62,800 bases of DNA, taken from the NCBI GenBank assembly GCA_029856105.1, contig JAHQWH010000012.1:1-62800 (forward strand), read 5' to 3'. Numbering within the stretch: position 1 is the first letter of the stretch; the number at the start of each line of letters is the position of its first letter. The notes beneath the pieces were generated by a model. It saw nothing but the letters and a program-made list of their open reading frames with translations. It did no database searches and was not told the origin of the DNA. This stretch comes from Promethearchaeia archaeon (GTDB lineage Archaea; Asgardarchaeota; Lokiarchaeia; Sigyniarchaeales; SOKP01). The translations under genes were made by a program, and so were the position numbers. This document shows, one piece after another, positions 28,526-37,861 of this stretch.

Positions 28526-29962
28526 ATTATTCGCGAACCACTTCCACTAATTTGTACTGATTGTAAAAAGGAATTTAAATTTGACTCCATAGAATATAAA
28601 TGCCCAAATTGCGATGGTTTACTTTGGGTTAAATCAGATATTAGTAACTACAAGACCTCTTTTCTTAAAATTAAACAAATCCATAATTTTTGGGATTTTT
28701 ATTTCACTTTACCTAAAATTGATAAAAAATTCCTTGTAACTTTAGGAGAGGGTGGAACGCCATGTAAAGATTCTGAAAAAATTGGTCAGATTTTAGGTTT
28801 GAAAAACTTGAGTTTTAAAAATGAGACACAAAATCCTTATACAAACTCATTTAAGGATCGCGTTGGTGCATTATTAATATCTCATGCTCGAAGTTGGGAT
28901 TACGAAAAGGTTGTTTGTGCTTCAAATGGAAACCAAGGTGCTTCTATTGCTGCTTATGCTTCACTTGAAGGATTGAAATGTGTTAACATAATTCCGAAAG
29001 AAATAGACATTGGTAAGCGAGCTCAAATAATAACCTATAATTCTGAATTAATTATAAAGGGGGAAACTGTTGATGATACTTTGAAATATTCGTTAGATCC
29101 ACAATATAACTTATATTACCAAAGTACCCCTGAATACAATCCCCTAACAATAGAAGCTCAAAAGACAATATCGTTTGAAATATATCAACAAAAAGGAGTT
29201 CCGGATTGGGTTATCGTCCCAATGGGGAGCGGTGAGTTATTAGTAAGTATATGGAAAGGCTTTTCTGAACTTAAAGAAGCAGATATTATTAATAAAGTTC
29301 CAAAATTAATTGGAGTCCAGTCCCAAGCTTCCGCACCAATTGTTGATAACTTATTTGAAAAGAGCAAAAATAAAAAGGGAAATAAAGAAAAAATAAATTC
29401 TTTAGCTTTAGGAATTTTAGTTAGGGATCCAATTTTTAAAAATTTAGCACTAAAATATATCAAAAAAAGCAAAGGAACAGCTATTGCCATTCCTGAGAAT
29501 TTAATCTTAAGTTCAATTGATGAATTAATTAGAAATGAGGGAATTCTTGCAGAACCTGCATCAGCACTAACTTTATCAGCAGTTTATACCTTAGAACGAC
29601 AAGGAATTTTTAATAATAATGATAAAATCACCTGCCTTATAACAGGTAGTGGATTAAAAGCACCGTATGTGCTCGAAGCAATTTCATCAAGAACTAAAAC
29701 TGCGGGAACAGGAAAGATATTGAGCACTAAATTGAAAATTCTGTCTCAAATTTCTTTATCTAAAAATAATGGAATAGATGGAACTAAAATAAGAGAAATT
29801 ATCGGTTCTATAAAACGTGCCGCAGTTTATCAGCATTTGAAGGAATTAGAATCAAAAAATTTAATATTTAGAAAAAAAGAAGGTAAAAATGTGTTATATT
29901 TTATCACTGATAATGGTAGAAAGGTATTAGAAGCCTTAAATATATTAATTACTTTACTTTAA
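28526..29962 (+). CDS. thrC: Threonine synthase-like PLP enzyme with N-terminal Zn ribbon and C-terminal winged-helix domain
   Basis: The frame is open from 28523 and encodes CTDC/CPNC and LGEGGTP upstream of the track start (28799). SFKDR (PLP Lys), ASNGNQGAS, PMGSG, EPASA, LITGSGLK; C-terminal 'AVYQHLKELE...YFITDNG'. Confidence 0.82.
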   Translation: MIREPLPLICTDCKKEFKFDSIEYKCPNCDGLLWVKSDISNYKTSFLKIKQIHNFWDFYFTLPKIDKKFLVTLGEGGTPCKDSEKIGQILGLKNLSFKNETQNPYTNSFKDRVGALLISHARSWDYEKVVCASNGNQGASIAAYASLEGLKCVNIIPKEIDIGKRAQIITYNSELIIKGETVDDTLKYSLDPQYNLYYQSTPEYNPLTIEAQKTISFEIYQQKGVPDWVIVPMGSGELLVSIWKGFSELKEADIINKVPKLIGVQSQASAPIVDNLFEKSKNKKGNKEKINSLALGILVRDPIFKNLALKYIKKSKGTAIAIPENLILSSIDELIRNEGILAEPASALTLSAVYTLERQGIFNNNDKITCLITGSGLKAPYVLEAISSRTKTAGTGKILSTKLKILSQISLSKNNGIDGTKIREIIGSIKRAAVYQHLKELESKNLIFRKKEGKNVLYFITDNGRKVLEALNILITLL

Positions 29963-30588
29963 GTATCTTCAAGAGAAATTTCTGGTGAATTAAATTGAAG
30001 AAATACTTTATCAAATACTTGGGGTAAACCATCTACAATATTTTTTCTGGCAACAAAAGCAAAAATTAACGCTGATGAAACTCCTAACCCAAATTGAATT
30101 GTCCCATTAAATAAAAACTCAAATAACGCACTAGGGAAGCCGTATAATACTATTTCAACTATTAAATAACCGAAAACCATTACTAAACCTCCAAAAATTA
30201 CTGCTAAAAAATCTCTATAATTAAGTTTTAAGTGATGTTTTTTTGGATTGGCAATAAATCCTACAATAAATCCTTCTAACCCCTTTATAATTAAAGTCGG
30301 TATTGCATATATGGGCGCTATAAATAAATCTGTCAGTGCTGAGCCAAATCCTCCCGCAATGCCTCCTATTATGGGGCCAAATAAAAGCCCAGAGATCATT
30401 ACTCCAATATCTCCAAGATTAATGTACCCTTGAGTCGCAGGGATTGTTATGGGCACAATAAATGTTAAGACACATGTGAAAGCTGCAAATATCCCAATTA
30501 TTGATACGATTAAAGCATTTGTTGGTAATATATAACCGTAAAAAGTCCTATTTTTTGAAAATTCTTTATTCTCTGGCATTATTAACAC
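29959..30588 (-). CDS. ECF transporter S component
   Basis: GYINLGD, LLFGP, GSALTDL and TLIIKGLEG motifs; 5-6 TM helices. Confidence 0.88.
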   Translation of the reverse strand: MLIMPENKEFSKNRTFYGYILPTNALIVSIIGIFAAFTCVLTFIVPITIPATQGYINLGDIGVMISGLLFGPIIGGIAGGFGSALTDLFIAPIYAIPTLIIKGLEGFIVGFIANPKKHHLKLNYRDFLAVIFGGLVMVFGYLIVEIVLYGFPSALFEFLFNGTIQFGLGVSSALIFAFVARKNIVDGLPQVFDKVFLQFNSPEISLEDT

Positions 30589-30819
30589 GATTTATGATTT
30601 TTTAAATTCTTTTTTTAAATAATTTAGTATGGTTTCAACTTATATATAACTTTCATCTTTTATAAAACTAATTATCCAAAGAGAATAATAAAAAGAAAAC
30701 AAAATGACACTAAGAAACATATAAATTAGACAATTTCTATTATTTTTTAGATAATTTCTTAATATCAAAGTAAAATTAGTAAGATTTTTTTTTTTTTACT
30801 CGAAGAGGTATTACTGTCT

Positions 30820-32364
30820 ATGGTTTTTTCCAACGATAATAATGATGGAATGGAAATTGACAATCTATTCGAAATGGTTATCGATTTATACAATGCTTTA
30901 ATGAAATCATTCCCAGATTTAGTCGTAATTCTAGATTTGGAAGGAATCATCATAAATATTTCACGAAACATTCAAAATTTTTATGCTACAAAAAGTATAG
31001 AAGATTTCATTGGAAAAAATATAATAGATTTCGTAGTATCAGAAGACCAAGAGCCATTTAAAGAAGATCTTGAAAAAGCCATAAATCAAGGATTTTTAAA
31101 AATGGTAGAATATAACTTCTTTGGAGCAAATGATTCGAGATTTATAGGAGAATTAAGTTTAAGTTTAATTAAAAATAAAAAAAACGAACCAAATTTTTTT
31201 ATTGGGATAATAAGGGATATAACGAATTCAAAAGGTATAGAAAACGAATTAAGAGAAAATAAAGAAATGTTCCAGTTAGTAATTGATAATATTCCGCAAC
31301 TTATTTCTTGGAAGGATATAAACTCTATATATTTGGGTTGCAATAGCAATTTTGCTAGAGTTGCAGGTCTTAGTACACCCGATGAGATAATAAATAAAAC
31401 TGATTACGAATTACCTTGGAAAGTTTCGGAAACAGAGTCATTTTTTGAAATCGATCAATTAGTCATGGACACTAACAAGCCAGAACATCACATAATTTTA
31501 CCTCAACTTCAAGCAGATGGGAAAGGAGCTTGGCTTGATGCTAACAAGATTCCTTTACATGACATAAATAAAAAAGTTGTTGGATTACTAAGCACTTACG
31601 AAGATATCACAGAGAGAATTAAAACAGAAAAAATTCTTAAAAAATCAGAAAAAAGATATAAGGACGCATATAATAGAGCAGAATTTTATAAAGACGTGTT
31701 TGCTCACGATGTAAGCAACATCTTACAAGGGATACTCTCTTCAATCGAGTTGTGTAAGTTAAGTTTAAAAAATACTCAAACCCAAATAAGTTTAGAAAAT
31801 TTATATAACATAATTGAAGATCAGGTAAATCGTGGAGCAAAACTCGTCTCAAATATTAGAAAAATATCTTCGATTAGTGATATTGAAAATTCAATTATTC
31901 CGATTAATGTTTGTAACCTAATTGATATCTCTTTAGATAATATTCGTCAGATGTTTCCAAAAAAAAAAATTGTTTCGCAATGCAATACAGAATACGACGA
32001 AATTTATGTTAAAGCAAATAGTCTTTTACAAGATGTCCTCGAAAATATCTTACATAATGCAGTCAAACACAATAGAAACTCTATGATTGAAATCAAAGTA
32101 AATGTTTTAAAAGAAGTTCAAGATAAAATTAATTATATCAGGTTAGAATTCATAGATAATGGATTAGGAATACCAGATGCTCAGAAACTCACCATTTTTC
32201 AAAAGGGAGCTTTGGAATCCAGTAGTTTTAATAGGCTAGGTTTAGGCTTGTCATTAGTAAAAAAATTGGTTGAAACTTATCAAGGAAAGATATGGGTCGA
32301 AGATAAAGTTAAAGGAGACCATTCGAAAGGAACCAAATTTATTATAATGATTAAAGAAGAGTAA
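30820..32364 (+). CDS. PAS-PAS sensor histidine kinase (cytoplasmic)
   Basis: Two PAS/PAC domains (RDIT, EDITER), H-box FAHDVSN, N-box NILHNAVKH, DNGLGI, GLGLSLV. Confidence 0.93.
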   Translation: MVFSNDNNDGMEIDNLFEMVIDLYNALMKSFPDLVVILDLEGIIINISRNIQNFYATKSIEDFIGKNIIDFVVSEDQEPFKEDLEKAINQGFLKMVEYNFFGANDSRFIGELSLSLIKNKKNEPNFFIGIIRDITNSKGIENELRENKEMFQLVIDNIPQLISWKDINSIYLGCNSNFARVAGLSTPDEIINKTDYELPWKVSETESFFEIDQLVMDTNKPEHHIILPQLQADGKGAWLDANKIPLHDINKKVVGLLSTYEDITERIKTEKILKKSEKRYKDAYNRAEFYKDVFAHDVSNILQGILSSIELCKLSLKNTQTQISLENLYNIIEDQVNRGAKLVSNIRKISSISDIENSIIPINVCNLIDISLDNIRQMFPKKKIVSQCNTEYDEIYVKANSLLQDVLENILHNAVKHNRNSMIEIKVNVLKEVQDKINYIRLEFIDNGLGIPDAQKLTIFQKGALESSSFNRLGLGLSLVKKLVETYQGKIWVEDKVKGDHSKGTKFIIMIKEE

Positions 32365-32474
32365 TTTTACTCTATTATCATTTTATTCTCAAATAATGAT
32401 AAGGTTTTTTTAATTAAGGCAAGAAAAAAACATGATTAAAAAATCTTAATATTTGTCAATAATACATTATTATT

Positions 32475-35069
32475 ATGTTCATTTGTCTTGATAACTTAAT
32501 TCAAACTGAATTAAATCACGAAGAAGTTTTATTAATTCCAGAACCACAATATTTCAAGCTAATAAATCTTCAATTATTAAAATTCAGTGAAAAATCATTA
32601 ATTATATCTAATTTACCTAAAAAAGATTCCTTTATTATTGATCAGTTTCAAAAACAATTAGAAATTTTAGGATTTGAAAGAGAATTAGAAGTTAAATATA
32701 CCCAAGAAAATCTAAACCTTCCTCAAAATGAATCAATTATAGATATTTGTAAGGAAAATTTTCCTAAATTAAATTTTGATGATTTTTTGTATAATAAAAA
32801 CAAAATTGAACAAGGATATATTCTAATCTCTAATGAGTCAAAAATTTTTATAGAAGCGGATTCTTTACAAGGAATATTCTATGGGATTCAAACTTTAATT
32901 CAACTGATGAATTCAACCCCAACCAAGAAATTGATAAGTCAAGTGGCTATTATTGATTATCCCCTATTAAGAATTAGAGGTGTATCGGATGATATTTCGA
33001 GAGGTCAAGCTGCAACAATTGAAAATTTAAAGAAATTCATTAAAACGCTTAGCCACTTCAAAATTAACCATTACTACTTAGTTTACATGCAGGATATGTT
33101 TAAATTTGAAAAATATCCAGATATTGGCAAAGGCAGAGGAGCTTATTCTAAAGCAGAAATAAAAGATTTATTCGCTTATGCGAAAAAGCATTTTGTAGAA
33201 TTAATACCTATTTTTCAAACGATTGGGCACTGGGACAATATACTACACAATGAAAAATATTGGCAATATGGGGAATTTCCAGGCTCAAATAGTTTGAACA
33301 TCGCAAACGACAAAATCTATGAGGTATTAGATGGTATGATAAAGGATTTAAGTGAAGCGTTCGAATCTGAATACTTCCATATAGGCGCGGATGAAAGTTG
33401 GGATGTAGGGAAAGGAGCTTCAAAGGAAAATATAAACAAGATAGGAATCGGTAATGCGTACTTAAACCATTATAAAAAGATTTACGAGATCGTTAAAAGT
33501 CATGGATATAAAAAAATCATTATATACCACGATATCCTCTACAAATATCGAGAAGTTTTAGAAGGTTTACCCAAGGATATGATTGTAATGTATTGGAAAT
33601 ATAATACTAAAGAAAACCATCCAATTTTAAAAAAAATAAAAGAATTTAAATTGCCTATAATTGTTAGTCCTTCTATCATTGATTACAATCGATTGTTTCC
33701 GTCGTTTACCCGCTTTGAAAAAAACATATCAAACTTAATTAAAAATGGTTATGAAAACGGAGCTATAGGAGAAATAACTTCAAGTTGGGGAGACTATTCA
33801 AATAAGGAGATTAGAGAAAATCGATTTTACGGCTTTATTTACTCTTCAGAAGTTGGCTGGAATCCTTCGAAAAAGGTAAATCCAATTAAATTTTGGAAAA
33901 GCCTTTTACTTCATTTTTTTGGAATTAACGATCTTAGGTTATTTAAAGTTATAAGAACCTTAAGAGCTGTTGAAGATAAAAAGCGTTTACATACAAGACC
34001 TACTTTTTATTATAATCACTTTTTCAGTCACCCATATAACAAAAAAAGTTCATTATATAGAAAAAATCTAAAAACCTCTAAATTTAATTCTATAATCAAA
34101 AATATGGATGAAATCATTGTCATGTGTAATGATTTGGAGAAAATTGCTCCAAAGAATAAGGAAAACATTAGAATTTTAGCATTTATTGCGAAGCATATTA
34201 AATTTTACTGCAATAAGAGAATTAACTCTAAAAAATTAGTTGATTTTCGCTCGAACCGAGTAAAAGACGAACATAGATTACTAATAATAAAAGAAATCGA
34301 GGCTTTAAAAAAGGAGTTAAACAATCTCCTAAACGAATACGAAACCTTATGGTTGAACATTGCAAAAGAAGATGGTTTTGAATCAATAAAGAGGAAATAT
34401 TTGTGGTTATTGAAATTTTACGACGAAAAAGTTGAAGAAATTAACAGCGAAAGAGAGTGGACAAATCCAAACATCCCCAGTGAAACCATTTATCTTGATT
34501 CTAAGAAGAAACACCAAATTCACACTACATACTTTAAAAAAACGATTGAGATCGACGGAGAGATTGAAAGTGCTTACTTACAAGTAATAGGTGGGACTTT
34601 CGCAAAAATTAGTCTAAATAATAATCATATCGGCCATGTAATAACCAGACATTCGTTAAATTATGTGGTTTTAGAAAATAATATTCAAATATTTGATATT
34701 AGAAAGTATCTAGAACATGGTGAAAATCTAATTTTTATCGAAAATAAGGATTTTAGCGGAGGAATTGGGCCAATTAATGTTTATGGCGAAATAAAACTGA
34801 AATCAGGTCAAATAAGTCTAATAAAATCTGATAAGACATGGTTAGGGGCAAGAAATCACGATGGCCCGTGGAAAATTGTTAAAAGATTTGGTAGGCCACC
34901 CAAAGTTACTGGAGGTTTATGTTATCCCGATTTTGAGCGTAACGTTCATTCGTTAGAAAGCGATATGATGACTATGTTTAACGCTTTAATTGGTCGGATT
35001 CCAGTAAAGTTATATTGGATTTTAAAAATAGTTATAAAAATGTTTCATCGTTACGACGTTCTAGAATGA
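32475..35069 (+). CDS. Glycoside hydrolase family 20 (beta-N-acetylhexosaminidase-like)
   Basis: [31 protein letters not shown] (catalytic DE) and SWGD motifs. Confidence 0.9.
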   Translation: MFICLDNLIQTELNHEEVLLIPEPQYFKLINLQLLKFSEKSLIISNLPKKDSFIIDQFQKQLEILGFERELEVKYTQENLNLPQNESIIDICKENFPKLNFDDFLYNKNKIEQGYILISNESKIFIEADSLQGIFYGIQTLIQLMNSTPTKKLISQVAIIDYPLLRIRGVSDDISRGQAATIENLKKFIKTLSHFKINHYYLVYMQDMFKFEKYPDIGKGRGAYSKAEIKDLFAYAKKHFVELIPIFQTIGHWDNILHNEKYWQYGEFPGSNSLNIANDKIYEVLDGMIKDLSEAFESEYFHIGADESWDVGKGASKENINKIGIGNAYLNHYKKIYEIVKSHGYKKIIIYHDILYKYREVLEGLPKDMIVMYWKYNTKENHPILKKIKEFKLPIIVSPSIIDYNRLFPSFTRFEKNISNLIKNGYENGAIGEITSSWGDYSNKEIRENRFYGFIYSSEVGWNPSKKVNPIKFWKSLLLHFFGINDLRLFKVIRTLRAVEDKKRLHTRPTFYYNHFFSHPYNKKSSLYRKNLKTSKFNSIIKNMDEIIVMCNDLEKIAPKNKENIRILAFIAKHIKFYCNKRINSKKLVDFRSNRVKDEHRLLIIKEIEALKKELNNLLNEYETLWLNIAKEDGFESIKRKYLWLLKFYDEKVEEINSEREWTNPNIPSETIYLDSKKKHQIHTTYFKKTIEIDGEIESAYLQVIGGTFAKISLNNNHIGHVITRHSLNYVVLENNIQIFDIRKYLEHGENLIFIENKDFSGGIGPINVYGEIKLKSGQISLIKSDKTWLGARNHDGPWKIVKRFGRPPKVTGGLCYPDFERNVHSLESDMMTMFNALIGRIPVKLYWILKIVIKMFHRYDVLE

Positions 35070-35120
35070 ATATTAAGACGATAGAATAAAAAAAAATAAA
35101 AAAAATTAATTGCTTAATTA

Positions 35121-36413
35121 TCAATCGTTTTCTCTTATTACAATTGATTCAGGATTGTAAAGAATTTCTTGAATTTTAAGCCTATCTCCTGCATCCGCTC
35201 TTCCTTTCGAAAGAATTGCAATTGTCAACCATTCAAAGGACCCCTTGAACTCTACTTTTTCCCACAGTTTTACTATTAAGTACCAAAAGAGCACAACAAT
35301 AGCAAGGAGTAGCAAAAGTTGGTAACCGTTTAGTTTTCCATCTAAAGCACCCCAGCTGGTTACGGCGTCGAAAATCAATACAGGGAAAATTGTAACCCAT
35401 TGAAAACTCCAAATTGTCAATAACAACATGTTGAATCGTCTAAAGAAGATTGTTTTCTTTCCAAACTTTTCTGCTTTTCCCCTATAATCTACTAATTGAA
35501 GAATTAAAGTACCAATGGCTATCTCTCCAGCGGCTACAAAGCTAAACAAGAATAAGTTATCGCTATCTAAATCAAATCCAAGTATTAATCCTGAAATAAT
35601 CGCAGTTATAAAAAGGAACAAAGCGCTCAAATAAGACCATTTTAAAAAATTCTTTGTTATTCTTCCTTCGCCTATATAGGAGCCCGCAATCAACCCAAAA
35701 AGGGAAAGCGAGAGAAAAGGGACCAGAGGAGTAAATCTATTTATAAACGGTACAATTAAGATATAGGTTAAATTAGTCCAAAAATCGCGAGTAATCCAAT
35801 TATTCCAAGGACTCCTGAAATCTACAAAGTAGGCATTCCCAAATTCAATTACTAATGGGCGTAAAAGCAAAACGATAATTGAAAGAGTAAGAGCAAAGAT
35901 TAGAATCTTCTTAGAAGACCATCCTTTATACAAACAATAAGCGTAAATTCCACTGATAATTATTGTGGCAATACCTACAGTTTGTAAAACATTGATTCGA
36001 AATAAGTGATTCCCAAGACTCAACCAAATATCACTTTCACCTAAGATTACATCTAAAAGCAAGCCATTAAGCAACCCTTCTGATATAAACCCAAAAACCC
36101 AAATTATAAAGCCCCGTATTGCCTGATTTTTAAATACTCTTAATGCTGCCGGTTTTTTCTCCATTACTTCGATGTTCTTATTCCACTGTCTTCTAGTTGA
36201 AATTGTATTGCCAATTGCAGACATTAAGATAAATAGGCCATCGAAATATCCTAAGTAAAGCAGAACTACCCCTAAAATCAGTAGTAATATGGGAGCATCT
36301 CCGGCTATGATCTTGTCAACTTCTTCAGAAAACGCAACATTTAGCACATGGAAACAAACTACTCCCAAAATACCAACGCCTTTAATAAAGTCGAAACTTA
36401 TATATCGTTTCAT
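35121..36413 (-). CDS. Multi-pass membrane protein, acyltransferase-like (DUF1624/DUF418-like)
   Basis: N-terminal RYISFDFIKG...H, NVLQTVG and C-terminal KGSFEWL; about 10 TM helices. Confidence 0.65.
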   Translation of the reverse strand: MKRYISFDFIKGVGILGVVCFHVLNVAFSEEVDKIIAGDAPILLLILGVVLLYLGYFDGLFILMSAIGNTISTRRQWNKNIEVMEKKPAALRVFKNQAIRGFIIWVFGFISEGLLNGLLLDVILGESDIWLSLGNHLFRINVLQTVGIATIIISGIYAYCLYKGWSSKKILIFALTLSIIVLLLRPLVIEFGNAYFVDFRSPWNNWITRDFWTNLTYILIVPFINRFTPLVPFLSLSLFGLIAGSYIGEGRITKNFLKWSYLSALFLFITAIISGLILGFDLDSDNLFLFSFVAAGEIAIGTLILQLVDYRGKAEKFGKKTIFFRRFNMLLLTIWSFQWVTIFPVLIFDAVTSWGALDGKLNGYQLLLLLAIVVLFWYLIVKLWEKVEFKGSFEWLTIAILSKGRADAGDRLKIQEILYNPESIVIREND

Positions 36414-36574
36414 TTTTAATCAATTTTTTTGTGAAATTTGATTATATAAAAATTAAATAACACTTTGTTGTCAAAGTATATAAAATTAAACTCAATTTTG
36501 AAATAATTAGTTTTTAAGTTCTTTTGTTAATTTAGAACGAAAATGTAGAAAGAAAAAAAATTATTTGAATTTCT

Positions 36575-37534
36575 TTAAAAATTCGAGTAAATCATAAACT
36601 TATTTGCAGAGCCTAAACTGTAAATTTCGAACTTGCTTCCGCGCTTTGTCTCGCAAAACATTTGAATCATTGGAAAAAGATAAATTTGCGTGGTGATTTG
36701 TGCTTCCTTATCTTTTGAATGACTTTTATAGTCGCTTCCTGCTGAATTAATTGTTTTTTTTATGTTCTTGTTCCAATACCCTAATGAAGCTTCGCTTTTT
36801 GATTCAAGTTCTTTAAAATCGTTAAATCTAATACCTTCAACTTCTTCTATAATTTGGTGAAGATCTCGCTCAATTTCTTTTTCGTATTTTGTTTGTGCGC
36901 TGCTATGGAGTACTGGAATTCCAGTAACGACGGTTTTAAAAGGAACTGGTAGAATCTGATATTTAAACACGCTTTTGTGGCCTTCACAATCACTACATTT
37001 TATTTTTCTCGTACCTGTACCAAAACAAACTCCACATGGATAAGAAAACGGTTTCTCTTCCTTTTTCTGTTCTTCGCCAGTTAACACAGTCAATTTTTCT
37101 TCGATTTTTCCCGTTCCTTTACATGTTTTACATTTTTCTTCTGTAAAACCTTTACCACTACATTTTTTACAAGAAACTGCTTGAATTGTTTCGTAAGTAG
37201 GTACTTTTTCATCGCCTTTCCAATTTTCTTTGTTAAGCTTACCTTCACCCTTAAAAGAGTAAAATATTTCTCTCACAACTCTTGGGGCAAGAACAATTTT
37301 TTCTTCCGCATCTTTGGGTACCGCACCAACAGTTTTTTTAATCGCAAAATAAATTGCAGCTTCTTTTTGGGTATCTTTAACGTATTCCGCTGCACTTATA
37401 GCGTCTAGCGAAAAAATAGCACCTTTGGTACCAAATTGTTTTTCCATCTTTTTCTTATCATTTCTTACGGCAAGTAGTTTCCACTTCTCAAAAATTTCAT
37501 CTAAATTAGGAGTTTTTATTCTTACATCTGGCAA
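36575..37534 (-). CDS. DnaJ-type zinc-finger protein without J domain (SSUH2-like)
   Basis: CKKCSGKG, CKTCKGTG, CGVCFGTG, CSDCEG; no HPD motif; TTG start. Confidence 0.7.
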   Translation of the reverse strand: MPDVRIKTPNLDEIFEKWKLLAVRNDKKKMEKQFGTKGAIFSLDAISAAEYVKDTQKEAAIYFAIKKTVGAVPKDAEEKIVLAPRVVREIFYSFKGEGKLNKENWKGDEKVPTYETIQAVSCKKCSGKGFTEEKCKTCKGTGKIEEKLTVLTGEEQKKEEKPFSYPCGVCFGTGTRKIKCSDCEGHKSVFKYQILPVPFKTVVTGIPVLHSSAQTKYEKEIERDLHQIIEEVEGIRFNDFKELESKSEASLGYWNKNIKKTINSAGSDYKSHSKDKEAQITTQIYLFPMIQMFCETKRGSKFEIYSLGSANKFMIYSNF

Positions 37535-37667
37535 AATAATATCACATTAATTTTTTAAAACTTGAATTTATTTATTTAATAACTTTTGAATTATAAAAAT
37601 ATAAAATAGAATAATTTATAATTTTATTAAAACTAAATTAAAAAATACAAAATAAAACAGATGTAAT

Positions 37668-37829
37668 ATGTCAGCAGAAGAGCGTCAAAGTGTAGAATAC
37701 TTCTTACAATGGATTCAACAAGGAGGCCTTAAAGACTGGATTCAACATTTCTTAGATCAAGGAGATGAAGCAAAATTAAGGCAAGTTAAAGATATCTACG
37801 ATAAAATCAAAGCTGTTTTTGGATTTTAG
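37668..37829 (+). CDS. 53-aa helical small protein (below the track length cutoff)
   Basis: MSAEERQSVEYFLQWIQQGGLKDWIQHFLDQGDEAKLRQVKDIYDKIKAVFGF*; coding-like composition; 32 bp before the helicase gene. Confidence 0.7.
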   Translation: MSAEERQSVEYFLQWIQQGGLKDWIQHFLDQGDEAKLRQVKDIYDKIKAVFGF

Positions 37830-37861
37830 TTTCTAATTTTTGTTATTTTAGTTTAAATTGA

